Shown here: one piece after another, positions 1-7,206 of the stretch
Layout of the letters: every line of letters starts with the position of its first letter
How positions within the stretch are numbered: position 1 is the stretch's first letter
DNA from: a virus
UHGV virus genome: UHGV-0079970
Strand: one strand, 5' to 3'
DNA: 21,378 bases
Notes under the pieces: model-generated
The model's input: the letters and a program-made list of their open reading frames with translations, nothing else
The model's database searches: none
What the model was told of the DNA's origin: nothing
Position numbers and translations under genes: made by a program

Positions 1-1219
1 GCCCCGATGGCGTGTCGCCGCCGGGCGAGGGTTTGATTTCCGGTGCCTTACCACTAATGAAGGCTAAGGTGCGACCGGCTACGTTCAGAATAGCAGTTGC
101 CATACGATCGGGAATAATGCCACGACGCGCCCATGAGCTGAAATGCGTCGGGCGATTTGATGATACCCAGTTTTTGTTCGTTCGGGATGCCGAACCGTAA
201 TAACCAGACCCGGCAATATCAGGATCTTCTGACGGGTTGTTTGTCGGTGTATTAACTCCGCTACCATCGGTCATAAAGGGAACAAAATAAATCTGCTGGG
301 ATTCTTTACCTTTATATGCACCATATACCACTTCATATTGCGTACCGTGTTCTTGTTTCCACGCGTATGTCGTGTCGCCACAAATCCAGGGGACTGATGC
401 CGGACTTCCACCGTGACACTGCGCCGCCAGCCCGGCAAGGTCAGCACGGAACTGCTGTACCATTGCAAGAAATGCTGCTGGCTGCTGGGCGTAACTGGCA
501 TTCGTCATATCGAATTCCCCCTGCATCCAGCATATCGCCAGCAAAACGTTTTTCGGGTTTTTCTGCAATGCTGCCTTCGTGCGGAAAAGCAGATCCTGAT
601 ATAACGGCTTACCCACTCCCCAGCGAGCCGAATCCTGACTGGCCCCCGTGGACTCGCTGAATGTCCCCTCCGTGCCCTGGGTGAATGCCGAACCACCACG
701 ACAGCATGGTACCAGCAGGATCCCCGCGTTATTAGGGATATACGGAAGCAGTTTTTTGGCAATATGTAAGCCCTGTCCGACACAGCCGTACTGCCCTTTG
801 CTCAGGTCAGCCCGGGGATGGTTAATCGTACTCATATCCTGAACATCATGCAGACAATGGTCAGCAGGAATGATGTCGTTAAATACGCATACTTCACCAC
901 CGGGAGTCACTGTGTTACGACGGGCCAGTTGCTTAATGCGCGGATGGGGCGCATCGTATGAATCCGGCAGCGGAAGCCCTTCACCGTAAGCCATGGCATT
1001 GGACTGCCCGGCCAGTACGATGACGTAGTACCACTCCGGCTCAGTTGCACCACTGACGACCACATCACCTTCTGCTGCAATCGCCTGCATCAGGGTATAA
1101 GGGGTTATGGCCACCGGACTACCAAACGGCTGCCAGCCCTCTTTCAGTTTATGTGTCAGCTTTTCCGCAAGATCTGACGGCGACGCCGCCCTGACAACAT
1201 CATAGTGTTTAAATGCCAT
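1..1219 (-). CDS. NanS-p-like SGNH/DUF303-family esterase (putative sialate O-acetylesterase), N-terminal 406 codons; 3' end beyond window
   Basis: Uninterrupted minus-strand frame from ATG at 1219 (GGAGG 6 nt upstream) to position 1, verified codon by codon; absent from the ORF track because no stop is in the window. Begins MAFKHYDVV and contains the block VLAGQSNAMAYGEG (GQSN, SGNH-hydrolase type). Sits after a late-region tRNA cluster as in Stx phages. Family assignment is from memory. Confidence 0.5.
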   Translation of the reverse strand, partial: MAFKHYDVVRAASPSDLAEKLTHKLKEGWQPFGSPVAITPYTLMQAIAAEGDVVVSGATEPEWYYVIVLAGQSNAMAYGEGLPLPDSYDAPHPRIKQLARRNTVTPGGEVCVFNDIIPADHCLHDVQDMSTINHPRADLSKGQYGCVGQGLHIAKKLLPYIPNNAGILLVPCCRGGSAFTQGTEGTFSESTGASQDSARWGVGKPLYQDLLFRTKAALQKNPKNVLLAICWMQGEFDMTNASYAQQPAAFLAMVQQFRADLAGLAAQCHGGSPASVPWICGDTTYAWKQEHGTQYEVVYGAYKGKESQQIYFVPFMTDGSGVNTPTNNPSEDPDIAGSGYYGSASRTNKNWVSSNRPTHFSSWARRGIIPDRMATAILNVAGRTLAFISGKAPEIKPSPGGDTPSG

Positions 1220-1412
1220 GAATCCTCCCGGCCGGGATAATATTGTGAGTAAAATGAGGAGCGGGCTGAAGTCCGGAAGTTACAGGACAATGGCAGAAGA
1301 GAGACAACAGCCCGCAATACGAAAAAGGCCGCGCTATTGCGCAGAGTGATTACTGTCGGATATTATTCGCCAGCTGAAATATTACTTCACGTTTTGTTGT
1401 TTATTCCTTGCC

Positions 1413-1441
1413 GCCCGCGTCTCCCAGCGCGGGCTTTTTTT
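1413..1441 (+). terminator. Rho-independent terminator-like hairpin (plus strand)
   Basis: 7-bp GC stem GCCCGCG (1413-1419) / CGCGGGC (1428-1434), 8-nt loop, followed by T7 (1435-1441). Confidence 0.45.
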
Positions 1442-1444
1442 GTC

Positions 1445-1472
1445 CATAAGAAAGCCCCTCCGGAGAGGGGCT
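1445..1472 (-). terminator. Second hairpin, possible minus-strand terminator (weak T tail)
   Basis: 8-bp stem AGCCCCTC (1453-1460) / GAGGGGCT (1465-1472), 4-nt loop; on the minus strand followed by TTTCTTAT. Together with the 1413-1441 hairpin forms a back-to-back pair. Confidence 0.3.
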
Positions 1473-1708
1473 GGAGAGTGGCGCTATGTGCCATTGCATG
1501 GTGCCGGGTGCCTCCCGGTGAATTCAGTACCAGCACCTGAATCCGCGATTATCCCATATACCTACTCGCTGATTGCCCCTCCGCACAGGGGGATTCACCA
1601 TGCCAGTTTCTTTTAACAAACTCCCCGCAAACCAGACAACAGTCAACCGCCTAAATTGTGAGACATTTAAAAAAAAGGCCCACAAAAGCGAGCCAGGGAA
1701 AATAAGTG

Positions 1709-1785
1709 TGGCGCGTTGTACTGGATTCGAACCAGTGACCGATTGCTTAGAAGGCAATTGCTCTGTCCGGCTGAGCTAACAACGC
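1709..1785 (-). tRNA. tRNA-Arg (anticodon TCT)
   Basis: Minus-strand 77 nt, GCGTTGTTAGCTCAGCCGGACAGAGCAATTGCCTTCTAAGCAATCGGTCACTGGTTCGAATCCAGTACAACGCGCCA: 7-bp acceptor stem, D arm, anticodon loop CTTCTAA, T arm GGTTCGAAT, encoded CCA. Confidence 0.85.
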
Positions 1786-1798
1786 ATGATGCAGATAA

Positions 1799-1875
1799 TG
1801 GACCGCCATCGGGGACTTGAACCCCGCGCAACCAGCTTCGAAGGCTGGCGCTCTTTCCTGATGAGCTAATGGCGG
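1799..1875 (-). tRNA. tRNA-Arg (anticodon TCG)
   Basis: Minus-strand 77 nt, CCGCCATTAGCTCATCAGGAAAGAGCGCCAGCCTTCGAAGCTGGTTGCGCGGGGTTCAAGTCCCCGATGGCGGTCCA: cloverleaf with C1-G72 acceptor pair, anticodon loop CTTCGAA, T loop TTCAAGT, encoded CCA. Confidence 0.75.
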
Positions 1876-1882
1876 TATGTGA

Positions 1883-1958
1883 TGGTGGCCCTTGCTGGAT
1901 TTGAACCAGCGACCTGGCGATTATGAGTCGCTCGCTCTCACCACTGAGCTAAAGGGCC
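1883..1958 (-). tRNA. tRNA with CAT anticodon, tRNA-Ile2 (lysidine) type / Met
   Basis: Minus-strand 76 nt, GGCCCTTTAGCTCAGTGGTGAGAGCGAGCGACTCATAATCGCCAGGTCGCTGGTTCAAATCCAGCAAGGGCCACCA; anticodon loop CTCATAA; closely resembles E. coli tRNA-Ile2 as I recall it. Confidence 0.8.
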
Positions 1959-2007
1959 GGGAGCAGAATAATAATGGTGCGTAATTAATTCTGCAATCTC
2001 ATCCGTT

Positions 2008-3057
2008 TCAAACGATTAAATCCTGAACTTCCCTGACTGTCTGCTCAAAACGTCCGGTCTCCAGTTCAACGCCAATCGCACGACGCCCGAGCGCCAGTGC
2101 AGCTTTTACCGTTGAACCTGAGCCCATAAAAAAATCTGCAACCAGGTCTCCCGGACGACTGCTTGCGCTGATTATCTGCTGCAGCATTTCTGCCGGTTTT
2201 TCGCACGGATGTTTCCCGGGATAGAACTGCACCGGTTTATGTGTCCACACATCCGTGTACGGCACCTGCGCCGTCACACCAAAATACCGCCGCAGATGCT
2301 TATATTCACTATGCAGCTCCACATACTGCCGGTTCAGTGACGTATACGTATCCACCAGCTGGTGGTGGGGCTTTTCCAGTTCACCGCGCTGATGTTTCTC
2401 TTCTGCCACCCGGGCAAACAGCGACTGTAATTTCAGATAATCGCTTTCGTTCGGTAGCTGCCACTGACTGGCACTGAACCAGTGCGACACCATGTTTTTC
2501 TTTCCTGTGGCATCTGCAATCTGTTTTGCCGTTATCCCCAGGGCAGCTCGCGCATCACGAAAGTAAGAAATCAGCGGGGCCATCACATGCTGTTTCAGTG
2601 CACTGCCCTTCGCCGCATACCCGGCATCTTTCGGACGATACGGCCCCTGATAATGTTCCGCGAACAGAATGCGCTCTGTGGCGGGGAAATACGCCCGCAG
2701 GCTTTCCTTGTTGCATCCGTTCCAGCGTCCGGACGGCTTCGCCCAGATAATATGGTTCAGCACACTGAAGCGTTCACGCATCATGATTTCGATATCAGAT
2801 GCCAGGCGATGACCACAGAACAGGTAAAGACTTCCGGCAGGTTTCAGCACCCGCCAGAACTGCGCCAGACACTGGTCCAGCCACTTCAGGTAATCATCGT
2901 CGCCCTTCCACTGGTTATCCCAGCCCTCGGGTTTCACTTTAAAGTATGGCGGGTCTGTGACTATAAGATCGACAGAGTTTTCCGGTAAGGTCTGGATAAA
3001 TTCCAGGCAATCAGCGTTGATTAACTCACAACTGGATATTTTTACAGTATTAGCCAT
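2008..3057 (-). CDS. N6-adenine (or N4-cytosine) DNA methyltransferase, beta-class
   Basis: 349-aa ORF; motif IV LIVTDPPYF near the N-terminus and AdoMet motif FFMGSGST near the C-terminus (order typical of beta-class amino-MTases). Confidence 0.8.
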   Translation of the reverse strand: MANTVKISSCELINADCLEFIQTLPENSVDLIVTDPPYFKVKPEGWDNQWKGDDDYLKWLDQCLAQFWRVLKPAGSLYLFCGHRLASDIEIMMRERFSVLNHIIWAKPSGRWNGCNKESLRAYFPATERILFAEHYQGPYRPKDAGYAAKGSALKQHVMAPLISYFRDARAALGITAKQIADATGKKNMVSHWFSASQWQLPNESDYLKLQSLFARVAEEKHQRGELEKPHHQLVDTYTSLNRQYVELHSEYKHLRRYFGVTAQVPYTDVWTHKPVQFYPGKHPCEKPAEMLQQIISASSRPGDLVADFFMGSGSTVKAALALGRRAIGVELETGRFEQTVREVQDLIV

Positions 3058-3193
3058 AGATCAATAAGCACTTCTCTGATAGGCTCATACCGCTTTTGCG
3101 CAAAGCAGATGGGCCTGAGGTTTGCTTGTGACCCCAACGCATGAGCAGATGGCTGGCAGGTGCCGCTAACACCCACCAGCCGCCCATTACCAC

Positions 3194-3221
3194 AAATAAA
3201 AAAGCCTTCACTGAGGAAGGC
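3194..3221 (-). terminator. Rho-independent terminator (minus strand) at the 3' end of the small wHTH gene
   Basis: Minus-strand 6-bp stem GCCTTC / GAAGGC (plus coords 3216-3221 / 3204-3209), 6-nt loop, then TTTTTTATTT; the stop codon of the small ORF lies inside the stem. Confidence 0.5.
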
Positions 3222-3405
3222 GTCTGTAACAACCGAACTGATAATCTGCCAGACCCGCCATAACAAGCTGGGTCAGTATTAACTGGCAACGTTCGCGTGA
3301 AAGGTAAGTATTCTGCGCAATTTCCCCGACGGTCGCCGGTTCGGTGACGCTTAATTCATTAAACACCACTCTGGCAGTTTCGGTCATATCCTGCTGTTTT
3401 AGCAT
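3208..3405 (-). CDS. Small winged-helix-like DNA-binding protein (65 aa), hypothetical regulator
   Basis: ATG at 3405 preceded by AAGGGA; product MLKQQDMTETARVVFNELSVTEPATVGEIAQNTYLSRERCQLILTQLVMAGLADYQ... has a helix-turn-helix-like pattern (VGEIAQNTYLSRERCQLILTQL). The ORF track extends it to 3642, which I consider unlikely. Transcribed divergently from the DUF262 operon. Confidence 0.4.
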   Translation of the reverse strand: MLKQQDMTETARVVFNELSVTEPATVGEIAQNTYLSRERCQLILTQLVMAGLADYQFGCYRRLPQ

Positions 3406-3528
3406 GTCTTTTTCCCTTTTCTGGTTAACGTGACATACCAATAACTCTTGTCTGAAAAGCCAGCAAGCTGAAAGACCGGTATTCGCAACCACCAGCACGT
3501 TTAACGTACTGCGCCGTTTTTCGGACAC

Positions 3529-3548
3529 AAAAAACCGCCTGGCGGCGG
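3529..3548 (-). terminator. Possible minus-strand terminator upstream of the small wHTH gene
   Basis: 5-bp GC stem (plus 3535-3539 CCGCC / 3544-3548 GGCGG), 4-nt loop, followed on the minus strand by T6 (plus 3529-3534 A6). Short stem, so weak. Confidence 0.3.
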
Positions 3549-3597
3549 GTTTAAGCTGTGTGGCGTAGTAACCACTCTTAACACGATATAATATTTT

Positions 3598-3626
3598 TTG
3601 CGTACGCGTTATAGTTTTCTTACAAT
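3598..3626 (+). promoter_or_regulatory. Candidate sigma70 promoter for the DUF262-HEPN operon
   Basis: -35 TTGCGT (3598-3603), 17-bp spacer, -10 TACAAT (3621-3626), in an AT-rich intergenic region; SD AAGGAA (3646-3651) 7 nt before the ATG at 3659. A separate perfect TATAAT at 3587-3592 lacks a -35. Confidence 0.35.
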
Positions 3627-3658
3627 CTATTTCCAACTCCAATTAAAGGAACAGTGAT

Positions 3659-4816
3659 ATGACCACACTCAAAGAACTCAAAGAAGAGCTTGCTCAGATT
3701 CAAGATGAAAACGCGAAAAATAGAAAAAAAGCTGAAATTGCAGCCTTGGTCACTTCTGCCGACAACGAGATTAGGCTTGCTCAGAGAAATATTGGATACA
3801 ACGTACGTGAATGGACCGTTGAATTAATTGTACAAAAGTATGGCAATAATCTTGAAACTGACAAAAACGAACTTTTTATTCCTGATTATCAACGCGATTA
3901 CAAATGGGATATCAAAACAGCCTCTCGATTCATCGAAAGTATATTATTAGATTTTCCAATCCCGTACCTCTACATCTCCGACGTATTTAATGAAGATCCT
4001 GAGTTGGATGGTCGTGTAGAAATTATTGACGGTTCACAAAGGATTCGCTCAATTTACTACTTTTGGAACAATCAGTTTGAATTGAAAGACTTAAAAGAAC
4101 TCAAAAGTTTAGAGGGCTTCAAATTTTCAGATCTTTTGGCTAGCCGCCAGAGGCGATTTTTAAGGGCATCACTAAGATTTATTGAATTGAAAGGTGATGT
4201 TGAGGAGCAACATAGAAGAGATTTATTCGAAAGAATAAATTCAGGTGTTAAGAGACTGGAAGCGATGGAGGTTAGACATGGTTCAGATGCGGCCACTTCA
4301 ATTTTCTATAGGGATGTTGTGACTCCTTGCTCAACAAATCCACTTTTCGCTAGTCTAGCTCCATTATCAGACCGGAAACGTTCGAATGGCGATCATCGTG
4401 AGTTAGTTTTGAGATTTTTTGCATACTTAAATGATTTAGAAAATTATAAGGGTTATGTCGCTCCTTTTATTGACAATTATCTTAATGTTCAGGCCGAAAG
4501 GGTCACACAACAAGATGTAGACAAATTTAAACATGATTTTGAAAGCATGCTTGCTTTTGTAGATGCTCATTTCCCTATGGGGTTTAAAAAGACACCAACA
4601 AGCAAAACCACCCCCCGTGCTAGATACGAAGCCATAGCAGTGGGAACTGCTCTTGCCTTAAAAGCCAATCCACATCTACAGGCTCCGGTTATTCCTGTAG
4701 GAGACTGGCTGTTTGGGGAGGAATTTGAAACCATAGTTACTGCTGATAGTGCCAACAACACCAGCCAACTCAAAAACAGAATATTTTATGTCAAAGATAA
4801 ATTATTAGGAATGTAA
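3659..4816 (+). CDS. DUF262 / ParB-like (GmrSD N-terminal type) domain protein, 385 aa; no recognisable DUF1524/HNH nuclease domain
   Basis: Motifs DYQRDYKW and IIDGSQRIRS (DGQQR-type DUF262 signature), later LFERINSGVKRLEAME; N-terminal ~60-aa coiled-coil-like extension. Strong RBS. AT-rich (~37-41% GC in hand-counted 100-nt samples). Confidence 0.75.
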   Translation: MTTLKELKEELAQIQDENAKNRKKAEIAALVTSADNEIRLAQRNIGYNVREWTVELIVQKYGNNLETDKNELFIPDYQRDYKWDIKTASRFIESILLDFPIPYLYISDVFNEDPELDGRVEIIDGSQRIRSIYYFWNNQFELKDLKELKSLEGFKFSDLLASRQRRFLRASLRFIELKGDVEEQHRRDLFERINSGVKRLEAMEVRHGSDAATSIFYRDVVTPCSTNPLFASLAPLSDRKRSNGDHRELVLRFFAYLNDLENYKGYVAPFIDNYLNVQAERVTQQDVDKFKHDFESMLAFVDAHFPMGFKKTPTSKTTPRARYEAIAVGTALALKANPHLQAPVIPVGDWLFGEEFETIVTADSANNTSQLKNRIFYVKDKLLGM

Positions 4817-4818
4817 CT

Positions 4819-5508
4819 ATGAGTTTGATTGATTTAAGAGATGAATACGAAGAAAGAGCAAGAGATATTATGGAATTGCTTTCTCTTGCGTCATCTTTAG
4901 AGGCTCAGACTCAGCAGTTAGATCAGCAAACGCATAAAGATGAAATAGAATCAAATACCCTTAGGGTTAACATTTTAAAATCATCCGTGCACATGATGCT
5001 GTACAATCAGGTTGAAAACACTGCCAGAGGATGCATTGAGTCAATTTATGACCATTTGCAAGATAATGAAGTAAATTACGCATCACTCAGGGAGAAATTC
5101 CAAGTAAATATCTTGCACCGTATCATTTCAGATAATGAATCGGGAAAATCTCTTTATCAAAAAATTGGTTCCGATATATCTAAAAGGATCATTTCAGCCT
5201 CATTAAACATACGTAAAGAATTCAATGGTAATGTTTGCAAGTCTGTATTGCACAAAATAACACAAGCTTACGGAATAACTGTTGCAAACTCACCAGAGTG
5301 TAGAAATGGTGTTGACTTAGATTTACTTAAAGATATCAGAAATGAGCTGGCACATGGAAGTACCAGCTTTTCTAAAAAAGGTCAAATAGACCCTTTAGAA
5401 GAAGTCAAATCGAGGTCAGAAAGAATTGATCTATATTTGCGTTTATTAATCAACTCAACAGAAAATTATATTACCTCTAACGGGTATTTATCCCCTCAAC
5501 ATGTCTGA
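4819..5508 (+). CDS. HEPN-motif protein (predicted RNase-type effector), 229 aa
   Basis: ATG 2 nt after the upstream stop (translational coupling) with AGGAA SD; canonical R-[N]-x3-H motif RNELAH (5338-5355) in the C-terminal third; rest mostly helical by composition. Confidence 0.6.
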   Translation: MSLIDLRDEYEERARDIMELLSLASSLEAQTQQLDQQTHKDEIESNTLRVNILKSSVHMMLYNQVENTARGCIESIYDHLQDNEVNYASLREKFQVNILHRIISDNESGKSLYQKIGSDISKRIISASLNIRKEFNGNVCKSVLHKITQAYGITVANSPECRNGVDLDLLKDIRNELAHGSTSFSKKGQIDPLEEVKSRSERIDLYLRLLINSTENYITSNGYLSPQHV

Positions 5509-6517
5509 TAAATGTTTCCCCTATTATCTGACCAATTATAGGGGGAACAGCATTTCCAATCATTGTCCCCAATTTTTGGAATGAAAAAGGCGTCTCCTTG
5601 TCAAGGAATTTATAATCCATTGGAAAGGATTGCAAAATCGCAGCTTCACGCAAAGTTATGGCGCGATTTTGCTCAGGATGGCCAAATCGTCCATTTCCAT
5701 ATCCATAACACTGGGTAGTTATCGTAGGGCTAGTATCGTCCCAAACCATCCGTCCATAAACGCTTTTATAGGTAGCACCTGAATTCTTTTTATGACAGTC
5801 TGCTCTAATTTCTTCAGGCCAGTCATCCCACGTACCACCAGGTAAAGAATGCATGATTCGTTTAAGATTGATATCCATCAATTTAGGCGAACGATGCAAG
5901 GGATCGCTTTCCAGCTTCTCACCTGCCCCTACTTTTGGCAACCTACCAATAGCATCCTTAACAGTAACTTTACGGCTAACTTTTTTTTGATCAAGGCTGA
6001 TCGGCCCCAATTGGGAACCAATTAGAATTAATCTACGTCTATTTTGAGGTAAGCCATACTCAGAACATCTTACAACGTCGTACCACAAATGATATCCAAG
6101 AGTCTTTAATGCACTAACAAACCCTTCAAAAACCTTATGGTTTCTAAGTTGAGGAACATTCTCCATCGTCACAAGCTCTGGCATGACATCACTTACAAGC
6201 CTTTGAAACTCATATAACAAACGCCACTTTGTATCGTCTTTACGGCTATTTGGATTACGATACTTGGAAAACGGTTGGCAAGGAGCACATCCAGCAAGCA
6301 ATCTAATATTTCCTTCCTTGAACATAGCAGACACATCGCAGGATTGCAGTTCTGTAACTGACTGATTAATGAACTGCGTTAAAGGATTATTGCTCTCAAT
6401 AGCAAAACGGCAGGATTCATCAATATCAATACCATGAGAAACCTCAATCCCGGCTTTTTTTAGCCCAAAAGTTAAGCCCCCCGCACCACAAAAAATGTCT
6501 ACTGCCTGAATGTTCAC
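5477..6517 (-). CDS. C5-cytosine DNA methyltransferase (Dcm/type II M family), 346 aa
   Basis: Motif I DIFCGAGGLTFG, catalytic PCQ in GCAPCQPFS, ENV, QNRRRL, GNAV. Start is GTG at 6517 with GGAG 6 nt upstream. 3' end overlaps the HEPN gene tail-to-tail by 32 bp. Confidence 0.9.
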   Translation of the reverse strand: MNIQAVDIFCGAGGLTFGLKKAGIEVSHGIDIDESCRFAIESNNPLTQFINQSVTELQSCDVSAMFKEGNIRLLAGCAPCQPFSKYRNPNSRKDDTKWRLLYEFQRLVSDVMPELVTMENVPQLRNHKVFEGFVSALKTLGYHLWYDVVRCSEYGLPQNRRRLILIGSQLGPISLDQKKVSRKVTVKDAIGRLPKVGAGEKLESDPLHRSPKLMDINLKRIMHSLPGGTWDDWPEEIRADCHKKNSGATYKSVYGRMVWDDTSPTITTQCYGYGNGRFGHPEQNRAITLREAAILQSFPMDYKFLDKETPFSFQKLGTMIGNAVPPIIGQIIGETFIRHVEGINTR

Positions 6518-6580
6518 AAGATTCTCCGTTACTTTATCCTGGTATTATATACACATAAAAGTTGGGAAAGTAGAACGATT

Positions 6581-6949
6581 TTACATAGAACTTAAGTCAT
6601 TGTAGTAAATGAAAAATGACAAGCAGCCATCAATAAACCCCATTGCTGTTTGCATCTCTTTCCGTATTGTTCCATCTGAACATTTCCGTTTTTTAGCAAT
6701 AGCGCGTAATGAGATACCAATAACAAAGTGAGCAATGATCAACTCATACTCTTCGGGTTTATACTTTCGCAACCGAGCCACACAACCGTCTATCATGATA
6801 CCTTCGTCATCATCACACTGGAGACGTGACTTTTTACCGTGTGGTAAAAGCCCCTTGAAGCCTGCTGCTATCGGCTGCCAGTCCACACCACTGTTATCTG
6901 CTGCAGCCCAGGCCCCCCAACGATCTAAAACTTCGTACATATCACGCAT
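6581..6949 (-). CDS. Q: Late-gene antiterminator Q-like protein (QuuD/Q-type), 122 aa
   Basis: N-terminus MRDMYEVLDRWGAWAA... and Cys cluster (C-x-D-D-D...GC...CSDG) match what I recall of lambdoid Q/QuuD proteins; lies between replication and late-region genes; start overlaps the upstream stop (TGATG). Confidence 0.65.
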   Translation of the reverse strand: MRDMYEVLDRWGAWAAADNSGVDWQPIAAGFKGLLPHGKKSRLQCDDDEGIMIDGCVARLRKYKPEEYELIIAHFVIGISLRAIAKKRKCSDGTIRKEMQTAMGFIDGCLSFFIYYNDLSSM

Positions 6950-7206
6950 CAGCGCAGTACCTCCTGCACCAGTTTTTCAAACTTACCAACTCTGGTTTCC
7001 AGCTCTGCCACACAATCCACCAGCTCATCCACTGCTTTTTGTGCACGGTGTTTTGCCTGCATCAGTTCCCTGAGCGCTGGCACCATATCCCGACGAATGG
7101 CATCTTTTGTTACACCTGTTTTTTCCAGTTGTTCCGCCTGCCGCAACATTTCCTGTGCCTGTTTACGTAATTGCTCAGGGGTAAAAGTCATTGTCTGGTT
7201 GTTCAA
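6949..7206 (-). CDS. Hypothetical small coiled-coil protein (nin-region position), 85 aa
   Basis: TTG start at 7206 with GGAG 8 nt upstream, overlapping the DnaB-like stop; translationally coupled to Q. Alternative ATG at 7191 has no SD. Confidence 0.45.
   Translation of the reverse strand: MNNQTMTFTPEQLRKQAQEMLRQAEQLEKTGVTKDAIRRDMVPALRELMQAKHRAQKAVDELVDCVAELETRVGKFEKLVQEVLR

Noticed and set aside
316-842. Plus-strand ORFs of 63-114 aa at the left end
   Set aside because: All lie antisense within the continuous 406-codon esterase frame that runs off the window edge.
1220-1708. Shiga toxin or other toxin genes between the tRNA cluster and the esterase
   Set aside because: Only about 490 bp are available and the short ORFs there (67-77 aa, overlapping hairpins) show no signal-peptide or toxin-like features; the region is treated as non-coding with terminator-like hairpins.
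2482-2988. 168-aa plus-strand ORF inside the N6-MTase gene
   Set aside because: Antisense shadow of a well-supported MTase coding region; no RBS and no motifs.
3208-3642. Full 144-aa minus-strand ORF as given in the ORF track
   Set aside because: The N-terminal 79 codons run through the AT-rich promoter/RBS region of the DUF262 gene and look non-protein-like; the internal ATG at 3405 with an AAGGGA RBS gives a compact 65-aa wHTH product, so only 3208-3405 is kept.
4819-5508. Reading the 229-aa protein as a PD-(D/E)xK restriction endonuclease partnered with the C5-MTase
   Set aside because: No convincing PD...(D/E)xK arrangement was seen, whereas RNELAH is a canonical HEPN motif; the REase reading is kept only as a lower-probability alternative that a structure-based search could settle.
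6518-6580. Complete pR'/qut/tR' late-promoter unit between Q and the C5-MTase
   Set aside because: Only 63 bp with a lone TATAAT and no acceptable -35 or terminator; too little to call a late promoter, so it is only mentioned within the MTase finding.
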